Source: Salisapilia sapeloensis CBS 127946
Taxonomy: Eukaryota; Protista; Oomycota
NCBI GenBank assembly: GCA_023334545.1
Contig: JAADVB010000047.1
Location: 1-64,000 of the forward strand
DNA length: 64,000 nucleotides
Reading direction: 5' to 3'
Shown: piece after piece, positions 32,815 through 43,071 of the stretch
How the letters are laid out: each line of letters starts with the position of its first letter
How positions within the stretch are numbered: position 1 is the first letter of the stretch
Notes under the pieces: model-generated
The model's input: the letters and a program-made list of their open reading frames with translations, nothing else
The model's database searches: none
Told to the model about the DNA's origin: nothing
Made by a program: the position numbers and the translations under genes

Positions 32815-34257
32815 TTAGACATGGCACGTCGTGTGCCAGCGCCATTCATAGTACTGCACGGCATTCGCAAAGTGCACTAGAGCTGCGATTAAGACACAGA
32901 CATGCCAGAGCTGGTGACTGGAAAACCAAACGTCGAATCGTCCGGGGTAAAAGCGTTCTGGGAACTTGGTCGCGTAGATGATCGCGCCGAGCGTATAGAG
33001 CAATCCCATGAGCAGCAACGGTCCGATCATGACAGTCACATGCGGGTCGAACAGCCCAAAGTGCCAGATCAGATGGGATACAGGGATGACTCCGAAGAAA
33101 CCAAGGGACAGGAAGATGGCTGTGCGCATGACGAGGAACTTGGGCGTCCCAAACGCCGGCACCATCGTCACACCGAACGTGATACCAGCTAGAGCTGTGA
33201 TCGCCGCTAGATAGAAGCGCAGCATCCACGGGTGGCAGTAGAACGAGTAGTAGATGACAGGGTAGAAGGATCCGGCGATCATGATGGTGATGCCGCCAAA
33301 GTCGAGTCGAGAGAGAATAGCGTAGGCTGATCGACTGTGGACGAAGAGGAGGTGGTAGATAGCACTAAACGTAAGACAAATGGCAGCGCTACCCATGAAC
33401 ACAAAGATCGGCCAGTGCGGCACGTCGTGCGAGTCGACCGTCGACATGATGTGCAGACCGTTGCGGACGCTGCCGGCCAGGCCGTGCAGCTCTTCCAGCG
33501 CGTACTGCACCGTCAAGTCGGCACCAACGTTGCTTGCTATCGTCTGCAAGAAGGACGAAAAGCTCTCGACGTGGTGGCTCAGACGTTCCTTGACACTACG
33601 CAGCTGCGCATTGTCCGTGGCATTGCCGAGACGGTGCTGGAGGACGCTCAGCTCATCTCGCATGAGCTGCAGCTGCGTGCTAGCCGCGTATGACAGACCA
33701 TCCGCCTGCTCCTCTAGGATACCATGCAGACGCTCGACGCTCGGCATTTGGTGCAGACTGTGCTCAAAGATGGCGGACGCGACCTCGTAGTAGTAGCGTT
33801 TGCGGTCCTCTGGCACCTCGACAGCTTGCTTTACTGGACAATAGTCCGGTAGTGAGCTCTCGAACGCCATGCGTGGCGTATGCAATCCCTTGTGCAGGTA
33901 CAGTCCGTCGTCATGACACCACGCCGGCGACGGACCAGCGTCCGACGAGCTCGCGATGAGTGAACTACCGAACGCTAGGTAGAGCATGAGCGAGACAAAG
34001 ATCAAGGAGCCGACCATGTGCGTCCAGACATTGAGCGTCTCGTTATGCAGCTCAAAGAGCGATCGAAAGCAGTCGGCGAGACTGTAATTCAGCCGATAGC
34101 CAGACCGGATGTACGAATTATCGGCTAGATACGAGAATCCTTCTTGATGCAGCCTTTCAAACGATTGCAACTTGCGTTCCACTTGGTCTTGTACATTTGG
34201 CATGCTTTCATTCACTTCCTCCTCCATCTCTTTCGCCATCTTCCTCGTACGCACCAT
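32815..34257 (-). CDS. PAQR / adiponectin-receptor-like (hemolysin III family) heptahelical protein
   Basis: DNSYIRSGYR, HNETLNVWTH, SAIYHL, RLDFGGI, KFPERFYPGRFD, SHQLWH. Likely ATG 34257 (MVRTRK); the ORF track opens at 34395. Confidence 0.92.
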   Translation of the reverse strand: MVRTRKMAKEMEEEVNESMPNVQDQVERKLQSFERLHQEGFSYLADNSYIRSGYRLNYSLADCFRSLFELHNETLNVWTHMVGSLIFVSLMLYLAFGSSLIASSSDAGPSPAWCHDDGLYLHKGLHTPRMAFESSLPDYCPVKQAVEVPEDRKRYYYEVASAIFEHSLHQMPSVERLHGILEEQADGLSYAASTQLQLMRDELSVLQHRLGNATDNAQLRSVKERLSHHVESFSSFLQTIASNVGADLTVQYALEELHGLAGSVRNGLHIMSTVDSHDVPHWPIFVFMGSAAICLTFSAIYHLLFVHSRSAYAILSRLDFGGITIMIAGSFYPVIYYSFYCHPWMLRFYLAAITALAGITFGVTMVPAFGTPKFLVMRTAIFLSLGFFGVIPVSHLIWHFGLFDPHVTVMIGPLLLMGLLYTLGAIIYATKFPERFYPGRFDVWFSSHQLWHVCVLIAALVHFANAVQYYEWRWHTTCHV

Positions 34258-34584
34258 CTTCGACGAGTGGCTATTAATGGAATGACGTGAACACTTCCAA
34301 TTTGTATGTGGTCCACAATCAAAGAAGAGTGTCTTAAGTTTCGACGCTAAATTTTGAATCGAAAAGATGACAGACAAGACAGAAATGCTCATCACGAAGA
34401 GACATCTCTCCCTTTACGAATAAAATGTTTTCACTTTGATAAGAATTGGCATGAGACACGTACCTAGGATCGAAATACCAAAGTGGATCTACAAGAGACA
34501 CTCTGTACCAAACTGTACCACCACAGAATGCCACGTAAAATCCACGAATTTGTCAATCAAAAATCTTAGAAGAGGGAGAGAAGG

Positions 34585-35853
34585 ATGGAAGCCACGGAGC
34601 CCCTTGCGAGTCTACTAGACCAGCTCACAACACGCCTAGAGCGTGTGGAAGCCCAGATGGGCCTAGCCAACACCCAGCCAGCTGCCCCTGCCAAAACGGC
34701 ATCCACGCCAGCTCCGCAGGAGGAAGGAGAGCTGTCTCCGCAGATGGAAGCGTATGACGAGTACGTCTCCCAATGCCTTCCTCGCTTCCTCGATGCCTGT
34801 GCTTCTCTCGGTGATGAAGCTAAGGCGTTGGGAGACGTCACGAAACGTGCTTTCGATGCCCAACGCTCGTACCTCTTAATGGCGAGCAAATGCAAGAAGC
34901 CTGCATCGCCCAACCCGGATCATCTCAAGGCTCTCCAGTCATGCCTCAAAGAGCTCAATGACATGCGAGACAACAGGAGCGACTTTGCCAATCACCAAAA
35001 CATGGTGAATGAAGGTGTACAGGCACTCGGGTGGCTGCTAGTCGAGCCTGCACCCAAGCCGTTCATCGAGAGCTACCTCGGTGGATCGGACTTTTGGGGC
35101 AACAAGATCCGCGTCCAGCACAAGGCGTCGAACCCAGCGCAGATCGAGTTCGTCGAGTCCTTCCGCAACTTGCTTGTGCAGCTCATGGCGTACGTCAAGG
35201 AGCACCACACGACCGGCGTCACGTGGAACCCGAACGGTCAGGACGTCGCATCCTACGCTCCATCCCAGTCGGCTCCTGCCACCCAACCGGCCAAGAAGAC
35301 ATCTCCCCCTCCTGCACCTGCCAAATCCACCGCAGCGTCCAAGCTCGCTGGTGCCAAGCCGAAGAAAGAGCCGACGTGTGAGCAGCGTAATGGCAACTGG
35401 AACATTGAGTACCAGTCGAACCTCTCTCAGCCGATGACGCTGTCGGACATTACGCTCAAGCAGCAAGTGTACATTTTCAATTGCCAGGACGCTGCCATCA
35501 TCCTAGAAGGTAAGGCGAAGAACATTGTGCTGGATACGTGCAGCAACGTCAAGCTGCTCTTTGACGACGCCGTGTCCAGTCTTGAGATCGTGAACTGTAA
35601 AAAGGTACAAGTGCAATGCAAGGGCACGGTGCCGTCCGTGGCGATCGACAAGACAGATGGCTGTCTCATCTTCTTAGCATGGGAAGGCCGCACGACGCAA
35701 TTCGTGACGTCCAAGAGCTCCGAGATGAACGTCATGATGCCGGATGGACCTGGTAGTGAAGAAGTGATCGAACGTCCTTTGCCAGAGCAATTCGTCCATA
35801 AACTCACGGACGCGTTGGACGTGACGTCGGAAGTCTCGGACCTTTACAGCTAA
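34585..35853 (+). CDS. CAP1: Adenylyl cyclase-associated protein (CAP/Srv2)
   Basis: N-terminal RLERVE (RLE motif), helical domain (EGVQALGWL...DFWGNKIR), Pro-rich linker and CARP beta-domain (SLEIVNC, AIDKTDG, TSKSSEMNV, PEQF). Confidence 0.95.
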   Translation: MEATEPLASLLDQLTTRLERVEAQMGLANTQPAAPAKTASTPAPQEEGELSPQMEAYDEYVSQCLPRFLDACASLGDEAKALGDVTKRAFDAQRSYLLMASKCKKPASPNPDHLKALQSCLKELNDMRDNRSDFANHQNMVNEGVQALGWLLVEPAPKPFIESYLGGSDFWGNKIRVQHKASNPAQIEFVESFRNLLVQLMAYVKEHHTTGVTWNPNGQDVASYAPSQSAPATQPAKKTSPPPAPAKSTAASKLAGAKPKKEPTCEQRNGNWNIEYQSNLSQPMTLSDITLKQQVYIFNCQDAAIILEGKAKNIVLDTCSNVKLLFDDAVSSLEIVNCKKVQVQCKGTVPSVAIDKTDGCLIFLAWEGRTTQFVTSKSSEMNVMMPDGPGSEEVIERPLPEQFVHKLTDALDVTSEVSDLYS

Positions 35854-35894
35854 TTCCATCGTTTGCTAATGAACAATCCAAGTGTCTTTTTGCT

Positions 35895-36422
35895 ATGGCC
35901 GTTTCACTCGACATGTTCTCGCTTGACCAAGTACAAGCTCTGGATGCAGAGGATAGTATACAGGATAAGCTTCGTGTCCTACAAGCATCTCTAGACATCA
36001 AGGCGTACGATCGGAATGACAAGAGTAGAGCCTTCGTAGACTATTATTTTGGTATATATATCTTCGGGAAAGAAGAGGCGCAGTTCACGCCTGCACAAGT
36101 CCATTTGCTGCTATCCATCGCACACCAAGTCTTTCTCAAAGCTACACAAGGCTCTACGGCGTCAGAAACGTATGCGCTCTTCGTACAGCTCTTACGAGAC
36201 AAGTGCTCTGACTTGGATCCTTCCATCGAGATAGCCTTCACACTGCCGCAAGTAGAACTAGTCGTGACGTTCATGACGTCTACCTTCTTCCGTCATGTAC
36301 GTGCGTACCAGTACCTCTTCTCCCATACACGAGAGACATGTATCCATCTCGTGCCGCTGATGATCGAGAAACCTCTCGTCCCACCTCCTCTCCCTAGCTA
36401 TAAGACACATGAACAAGAGTAA
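35895..36422 (+). CDS. CLAMP-domain protein (CFAP119/C1a-32-like, flagellar central pair)
   Basis: 175 aa: FVDYYFGIYIF...FTPAQVHLLLSI...FTLPQVELVVTFMTSTFFRHVRAYQYLF, recalled as the CLAMP family pattern. Confidence 0.65.
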   Translation: MAVSLDMFSLDQVQALDAEDSIQDKLRVLQASLDIKAYDRNDKSRAFVDYYFGIYIFGKEEAQFTPAQVHLLLSIAHQVFLKATQGSTASETYALFVQLLRDKCSDLDPSIEIAFTLPQVELVVTFMTSTFFRHVRAYQYLFSHTRETCIHLVPLMIEKPLVPPPLPSYKTHEQE

Positions 36423-36484
36423 AGGAAGCAAATAAACGCTCTTGTCTTTTTATTTGCAAACTCGTCGTTTTGTGCATGTCTGTT

Positions 36485-37720
36485 CTATCGTTGGAAGATC
36501 TTGGATATGCTATCGAGGTTCACTTCATGCATGGCCGTGATCGTGCCGTTAAGAATGATAAACGAACCAACAATTTGAGAAGTACGGATCGTCATGCCTT
36601 TCGGGAAGACGAGTGCCAAGACGGTTGCAGTCATGTATCGAGCACTTGGCGGAATGCTCTTCGGAACACGAGACTTGCTGTACTCGATAAAGTCCTCGAT
36701 ATGGACCTTGTAGCTCTTCTGAGGGTTCATGAGCTTCATCGTCGACAGGTTATGCGGGACGTGGCTAAAGTACCCAGAGCAGATACCTGCCAAGACACTC
36801 GCCGCTGCGTTCTTCATGAACGGACTCATGTCGAGTGGAATACGCTCCTCAAAGTAGTCGGACAATTGGTTCAGACCGACACCAAAGATCACTTCACGCA
36901 AACAACGAGGCGCAAGACCTCGCATCCAGCGCGTCGTGAGCGACTCTGGGTTCATATGACCAGCGTTATAGGCTTCCAACAAACTACTGATGGGCGTCAT
37001 GATAATGCCTGGAGATACAGCTTCGACTAAACGAACGGTCTGAGGGTACGCATAGTCATCCGCGTCGACGTGCTTTTCCAAGAGGTGACGAAGACCTTTG
37101 AAACCGTTAAAGTAGACGACTCGAGTCGGGACTTGGAGAGTCATGTTCGGGAACAATTGGCCCACGGGTTGACCTGTTAGACGAGCATTGAGCATCGAGT
37201 TCATGGCGCTACGGAAGAACGCTTCAAGAGAGGCCGCGACGGACGTCGCAAAGTACGGCGTCGGCTTGGCGTGTTGCTCCAATAGAGGTGTCTGCAAGAG
37301 CCACGCTTGGTGCCGGATCTCCTTGTTCAGACTCACGATGACTTCGCGAGAAGCGTCGCGGTCGGAGATGACCTCCTCCAGTCCATCCGCAGAGAGTTGG
37401 AAGCCCGTCACGGGCGTCGTCGTGGTACACCCGACGCTCGTGGTGTCCCGAGGTAGGATATGGTTGGCCCCGATGCAAGATCCGCCTGTGGCGACAGCCA
37501 AGACGTGCTCCTGGTCATCAATCGTCTTATGGCGCTCGACCCGTCCGGATTCGATCATGACCATTTCGGTCTGTCGCTGGCCTTCCGTGGCGATGGCATG
37601 GCCTCGAGGGAACGCGACGCGGGTGGCCCTGTCACAAATACTTCGGAGCGTCTTCTCCGAGCATTGGGAGAAGATGCCACAGCTCGACGCCGTTCGCATA
37701 CACGCCTCGTGATCGCCCAT
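36485..37720 (-). CDS. Cyclic-nucleotide-binding domain fused to a divergent mitochondrial-carrier-like domain
   Basis: N-terminal CNB fold (IFSQCSEKTL...FPRGHAIATEG...MVMIESGRV). C-terminal three carrier-like repeats (QVPTRVVYFNGF; GIIMTPISSLLE...RGLAPRCLREVIFG; AGICSGYFSHVP...KGMTIRTSQIVGSF). Confidence 0.75.
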   Translation of the reverse strand: MGDHEACMRTASSCGIFSQCSEKTLRSICDRATRVAFPRGHAIATEGQRQTEMVMIESGRVERHKTIDDQEHVLAVATGGSCIGANHILPRDTTSVGCTTTTPVTGFQLSADGLEEVISDRDASREVIVSLNKEIRHQAWLLQTPLLEQHAKPTPYFATSVAASLEAFFRSAMNSMLNARLTGQPVGQLFPNMTLQVPTRVVYFNGFKGLRHLLEKHVDADDYAYPQTVRLVEAVSPGIIMTPISSLLEAYNAGHMNPESLTTRWMRGLAPRCLREVIFGVGLNQLSDYFEERIPLDMSPFMKNAAASVLAGICSGYFSHVPHNLSTMKLMNPQKSYKVHIEDFIEYSKSRVPKSIPPSARYMTATVLALVFPKGMTIRTSQIVGSFIILNGTITAMHEVNLDSISKIFQR

Positions 37721-38144
37721 TGATTTATCAAGTGTTTGCGCGATTTTATATCTGAGTGGTGCTTCGTCGATCGGTTTTTACACACAATTTGTATTTGCGT
37801 GTCAGCGAATTGAATGATTATTAGGCGTTCTCTTTAACAAATTTGACGGCGAGTAGATGACAAGAGAGACTAGATAGCGAACGTCATACGATTCTAGGTG
37901 TACTCGAAACAAGTGTCCGACCAGGCGGAAGCGATCGATAGGTGAAACATACATAGGAGATGGATGGACGACGTTTATGTATCTTTCCAAGGTACTGGTG
38001 GAAAAAGCATGTGGCGAGCGTGTATCGGATTCGAAGCGGCGGCGAAACGACGTTAGACGGTGCGAGTGGTACCTTCGAGAAACCTCGTTGGAGCGACCTC
38101 CGACACGATGGGCATCACTCGAGCACGCGAATCTACCATCTAGC

Positions 38145-39068
38145 ATGTTCAGCCGCTCTCTTCTTCGCTCACCGATGCGCTCGGCCTTTAAAAATGCTGT
38201 GCTAAAGCCCAGTGGGAATCAAGCAGCTGCCTTCTCCAGTGCTCCTGACGTACACTTTCTATACTCCTTCCTACTCGACAGCAAACCTGAGCCTCTCATG
38301 CTTCTTGTCTGCAGATGCATGGCACGACCATTCTGTGCGTCCGCAAGAACGGCAAAGTGGTATGCAATCTAGTTCTATCCCATCCACTTCATCCCACACT
38401 GATTCAACCGATTGCAGTGTGTCATTGGCGACGGCCAAGTGTCGCTCGGAAGCACCGTCGTCAAGCCAAACGCCCGCAAGGTCCGCCGTATCAACGACGG
38501 CATCGTCGCTGGCTTTGCTGGCTCCACCGCGGACGCCTACACACTCATGGAGCGACTGGAAGGCAAGCTCGAGGAACACCCTGGACAGCTCACTCGCGCC
38601 TGCGTCGAGCTCGCCAAGAACTGGCGTACCGACAAGTACCTCCGTCGACTCGAGGTAAACTATTTCTTCCCCAATTACGACCAAATACCACTCTAATTCC
38701 CTTCTTTTAGGCCATCCTGATCGTCTCCGACAAGGATAATTCGTACACTTTGACCGGCAACGGCGACGTCGTCGAGCCTCACGACGGCATCATCGGTACA
38801 CCCAGTATCCTCCATCTCTATCCCCTCCTCTAATCCTCTTGCACAGGCATCGGATCTGGCGGAACCTATGCACTAGGTACCTTTCCTTTTTTCTATACAA
38901 AAAGCAAGTCTAATCGATGCACTAGCTGCCGCACGAGCCCTCGTGGACATCCCGGAACTCGATGCGGAAGAGATCGGTCGTCGTGCCATGCGCGTCGCAT
39001 CGGACATTTGCATCTACACGAACGACAATTACGTCGTCGAGACGATCGAAAGTGACTCGAAGGAATAA
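38145..39068 (+). CDS. hslV: Mitochondrial ATP-dependent protease subunit HslV (ClpQ), 6 exons
   Basis: Join 38145..38249, 38315..38359, 38418..38654, 38711..38795, 38847..38876, 38926..39068. Arg/Ser-rich presequence, then [45 protein letters not shown]. Confidence 0.93.
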
Positions 39069-39158
39069 ACGCATCAAAGCAAACATCTTGCCTATGCAAA
39101 GAAGTATGGTCGTGTATATTGTTCATGTGCGTACGATAGATCGTACGTCTGGCAATGC

Positions 39159-40457
39159 TTAAATGTTATTCGCCATCACCGTGTTGTACTTGTCAATGTT
39201 GCGCTTCAGAATGTCCTCCAACGGACCCATCACTCGCTTAAACGTCTTCCGGTCTAGCAGGAGACACTTGACATGGCCTTTCGCAGTCACCGTCGCCTGT
39301 CTCGGCCTCGTCGTCAAGAGTGCGATCTCACCAAAGTACGCGCCAGGCCCGAGCGCACCCATCTCCACTGGTTCATCCGCCGGACTCAGCTGCTTGTAGC
39401 ACATGGCCTCGCCTTCCTCAATGATGTAAAAGTGGTTGCCGTCGTCGCCTTGCGAGATGATCACTTCACCGTCGTTAAACTGCGCCGTCTTGAGCGCATC
39501 CGTCACCGTCAGCCGCTCATACTCACTAAGCGACTCGAGCAACGGCACGCGCTCGATGAAGCCCTTGTGCGCCTCTCGCTTCTTCAACGTCGTCTCCATG
39601 ATAATGTACTTGAACGTCTGTCGGTCTAACGCCCAGACCTTGGACGCTTCCGTCGCTTTTACCGTCGCGGCACGAGGCGCATTGTACATGAGCGCGAGCT
39701 CTCCGAACGACATAGCTTCCGTGCATGTCTGGACGAGCACACCGTCCTTGTAGACTTCGCACACGCCGCTCTCGAGAATGTAAAAGTTGTCGCCGTCTGC
39801 ACCTTGCTTAATGATCTCTTCTCCCGCCGCGATTTCACGAGGGAACATGGCGTCCAGGACGATCTGCAACTGCGACTCGTCCAACGACTTGAACAATATG
39901 TTCTCCGCCACCATCGCACGAATACCCGCACGCTCTTCATCTGACTTAGGATGCACCACACGCTCAAACTGCTTGGCACTGGCACATCGTTAGTAGAGGT
40001 TCTAGACACGTAATCGCTAGTAAAAAGGTACCTGGACGGGTCTATCGTTTCCGCCGACACGGACGTGCGGCGGCCTTTGGGAATGGCTGGCGGTGGAGGT
40101 ATCTTTTGCTGGATCTCACCGAGCGTATCGTTATGCTCGTCTTCGTCTTCACTGTCGGAATAGTCTGACTGGTCTATGCCAAGCATTCATATCGTTTGCT
40201 ATCTGCATCGTAACTAGGAGACACGTACCGTCATTTGCCGCCGGGTCCGGGCCAGTGGATGAACGAGCGGACTGCGGCAGCTTGAGGCTGCCGAGCTCAT
40301 CCGGGAAATTCGACTGGAGGTACTGGACAATGTGCTGGATCGGGTTGTCTGGTTTCGCGAGCAAGAGGGACTCGACGAGATTGATAAAGAGTGTATTGAT
40401 GCCTTTTTTCTGCAGGTAGTCCTGCAGCTCCTGTTGTACGCCTTCTGCGTCTGTCAT
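39159..40457 (-). CDS. PKAR: cAMP-dependent protein kinase regulatory subunit, 3 exons
   Basis: Join 40229..40457, 40032..40173, 39159..39978 (1191 nt). Docking domain (LLLAKPDNP), inhibitory site RRTSV, two CNB domains (FGELALMYNAPRAATV; FGEIALLTTRPRQATV). Confidence 0.95.
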
Positions 40458-40609
40458 GATGCGTGTGTGTAAATGTGATAAACGACGTCTGTCGATCGAG
40501 TTCTAGGTAGATGGAAGACGCGCTTGTTTGAATTTTCTTCTGCCTCTTTCCTACTAGTTGATGGAAAGAAATGCACAGGACGATACTGCGAAGAAGCGTC
40601 GGTTGAATC

Positions 40610-41122
40610 GTACGAAAGCGATCGTTTCAACGCCAAATAAAAGCCAAGGACACTAAGAATAGATCAAGCCGAAGAAGGCTCGTAGGGAAGAGATAACGAC
40701 GGTTGGAAAATGGGTGGTACTCTGAGGAGTTGCAATGCTTCGATTTGTGCTGCTTGCGAGGAGCTCGAGGACTCGACGATAGATAGATCCGAGTGGCAGA
40801 TAAGAGCGACGGACGAACGGACGTCGCAGAGGAACGCAAGTAGCTAGTAGAAGGAGAATAGAGGATTCTTTTCATCGTGTTGGCATACTGCACGCTCCCG
40901 CGACATGTACTCGGGACGGAATAAACTAGACCACGACATCGTTTGCAACTGTAGATACGATCGATTCGACGCCGGACGACACGGACGGGCTGCTACTTGT
41001 TCCTTGCTCACGTCAAACTTCCAGTATACCGGATGGGGGACGCTACTTCGCTCGGCAAAAGATTGTTGAAGCTTATCGAGATGCAGCTGCGTCTTCTGGG
41101 TCGTACGAAGGATGTTTAACAT
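40610..41122 (-). CDS. Possible small spliced hypothetical gene
   Basis: MLNILRTTQKTQLHLDKLQQ...RPEYMSRERA|LLAFLCDVR...EALQLLR|, with two plausible GT-AG introns. No family recognised; start and end uncertain. Confidence 0.35.
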
Positions 41123-42000
41123 GCCGGGGCAAAGGACGCAAATGCACATGAAAAGTACTCTATGGATCGACGTTTCCGTCGCCAGCACTTGGCTTCAACC
41201 CGATGCTGGCGACTCGATCTTGACACGTCAGAGTTTCCACACCCTTGGGTTGCTTCTGGCATGTAAAAATTTAAATCGAAGAAGAGCTCATCATCCTATA
41301 GTTCTAATCTTCCATGCAAAGTAGCGTGCGTGGGTCAGTACAGATAGCCGAAACGGTAGCTTTTATGACTGCAATCGAACACATAAATAGCTCTTTATTA
41401 TGAATAGTCGGTCGCATGCTGATAATGACAATACACTATTTTTATTTGCGTGTTAGCTAGAGATGCTGTAGAGGGTGAGGAGGATGGTATTGCTTCATTC
41501 CATACAGCCTTGCTGGTATCCTTCATCGATCCAGTCGGCAGTATTTTCAAGTTAACTACAAGCGCTGATTCGGATCAAGCAATCTTCTTGCAGGTATCCA
41601 GCACGGACATTAGCTCTGGCATGTTTCCTGCACTAGCTTCTTAGATATCTAGGCTTCACGTCAGCAATTACTATCTCCAGCAGAGGATTGCCAGCAACAT
41701 ACTCGCACAGCATCGGCTTTCCAACAACATTCGTTTTTATATCCAGTAGCATCGATATACTACCATGAAACTCCTAGAATATTCCCCGTAAACTGTTCCC
41801 CCCATCAACCTTTACATAACTCTGGCTAGAGTACCTACTCGTCCATTCGAAATACCATTGCGACCATGCAAGATCGCTCTCTTCAATCTATCGCATAGTA
41901 CTTTTCAAGACACCAGCATATAAATTTACGTTAAAACCTCGTCCTATATAACTATATCCAAAACAAATTGTTTGGACCGAAAAGCGAAAACCGGTTTGAG

Positions 42001-42989
42001 ATGGCTCCGACGGCAGGTCAGTGGAGCATATCGTCCGATAGCACCTACATGCATCCTTCTAACTCGCTCTAAATCTTCCATGCATGTAAACAGGCACTCG
42101 ACTGCGCTTCCAGAAAGCGAATCAGCAAAAGAAGACACACAAGAGCAAGAAAGTGCCTTCGCTCAAGAACCGTATTCGAGCTCTCGAGCGATTCCTCCAG
42201 CGCAGTAATGTACACCAGTGCTTTTCTCAATTGTAATGACCTTCAATTAACTTGTAAACGTAATAGAACTTGACAGATGACGTAAAAGCCAGTAAGAAAA
42301 CTGAACTCCAGCAGCTACGAGCTGAGGTATGTCTATCTCTACCTTGCACCTCGTAATGGAGCAACGTACTAATACTATCATCTCTGTCTGTAGCAAAAAG
42401 CAAAGGAAGATGCTGAAGTAGAGAAACAGAATGCAGTCAAGTCCAAAAAGGTATGTCGACACAATTGACACACTAGCCATCCCAGCACTCACTTTTCCGA
42501 TGCTAGCCCCGCTTCTTCGAGCGTATTAAACTCACACGCAAGCTCCGACAAGCGAACAAGCATCTGGAAGAAGCCTCGACGGATGAAGAGAAAGCAAAGC
42601 ACCAAGAGACGATCGCTAATACTCGACAGAACCTCATGTACATTTACTATTTCCCAAAAGCCGAGCCCTACCTCCCTCTCTTCCCTCCCAAGCCTCACCA
42701 CGCGGACGCTCAGAAACACCAGGACGAGCTAAAAGCTCAAGCCATCGAACGCTTCACGAACGAAGAACCAGGCGACGCGTTCGAGCAGTTCTGTGTCATC
42801 GACAAGAAGGAGTCGGCTCCGTCTCTCTCGGCCGCCGAGCTCCTCCTCAAGTCGTTCAAGACAGACAAGAGGTCTTCCAAGCCAAAGAAGAGCAAGTCTA
42901 AATCTAAAGACAAGGTCGATTCGACCGTCCTCGTCGACAAAGACCAAGTCGATGCGGGGGATGAGGAGCAAGATGACTTTTTCCTGTAG
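42001..42989 (+). CDS. EFG1: rRNA-processing protein EFG1, 5 exons
   Basis: Join 42001..42016, 42094..42209, 42267..42326, 42394..42450, 42507..42989 (732 nt). Motifs SLKNRIRALERFL, RFFERIKLTRKL, LMYIYYFPKAEPYLPLF. Confidence 0.85.
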
Positions 42990-43071
42990 AAACAAAAGTA
43001 GAATGGATTTGGATTCGATGCTTACGTCAGATCTTGTAGCATTCATGCTATAAAAAACTATCAAAAGAATG

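Noticed and set aside
38145-39068. hslV as bacterial contamination or recent horizontal transfer
   Set aside because: It has five spliceosomal introns, a presequence and eukaryotic neighbours.
40454-40636. ORF whose TGA overlaps the PKA-R ATG (ATGA), resembling bacterial translational coupling
   Set aside because: The upstream ORF is short, has no ATG start and has no homology support. It is probably promoter/5' UTR sequence.
41400-41940. Decayed frames that might be a transposon fragment
   Set aside because: No diagnostic RT, RNase H, integrase or DDE motif could be read in the frames I translated.
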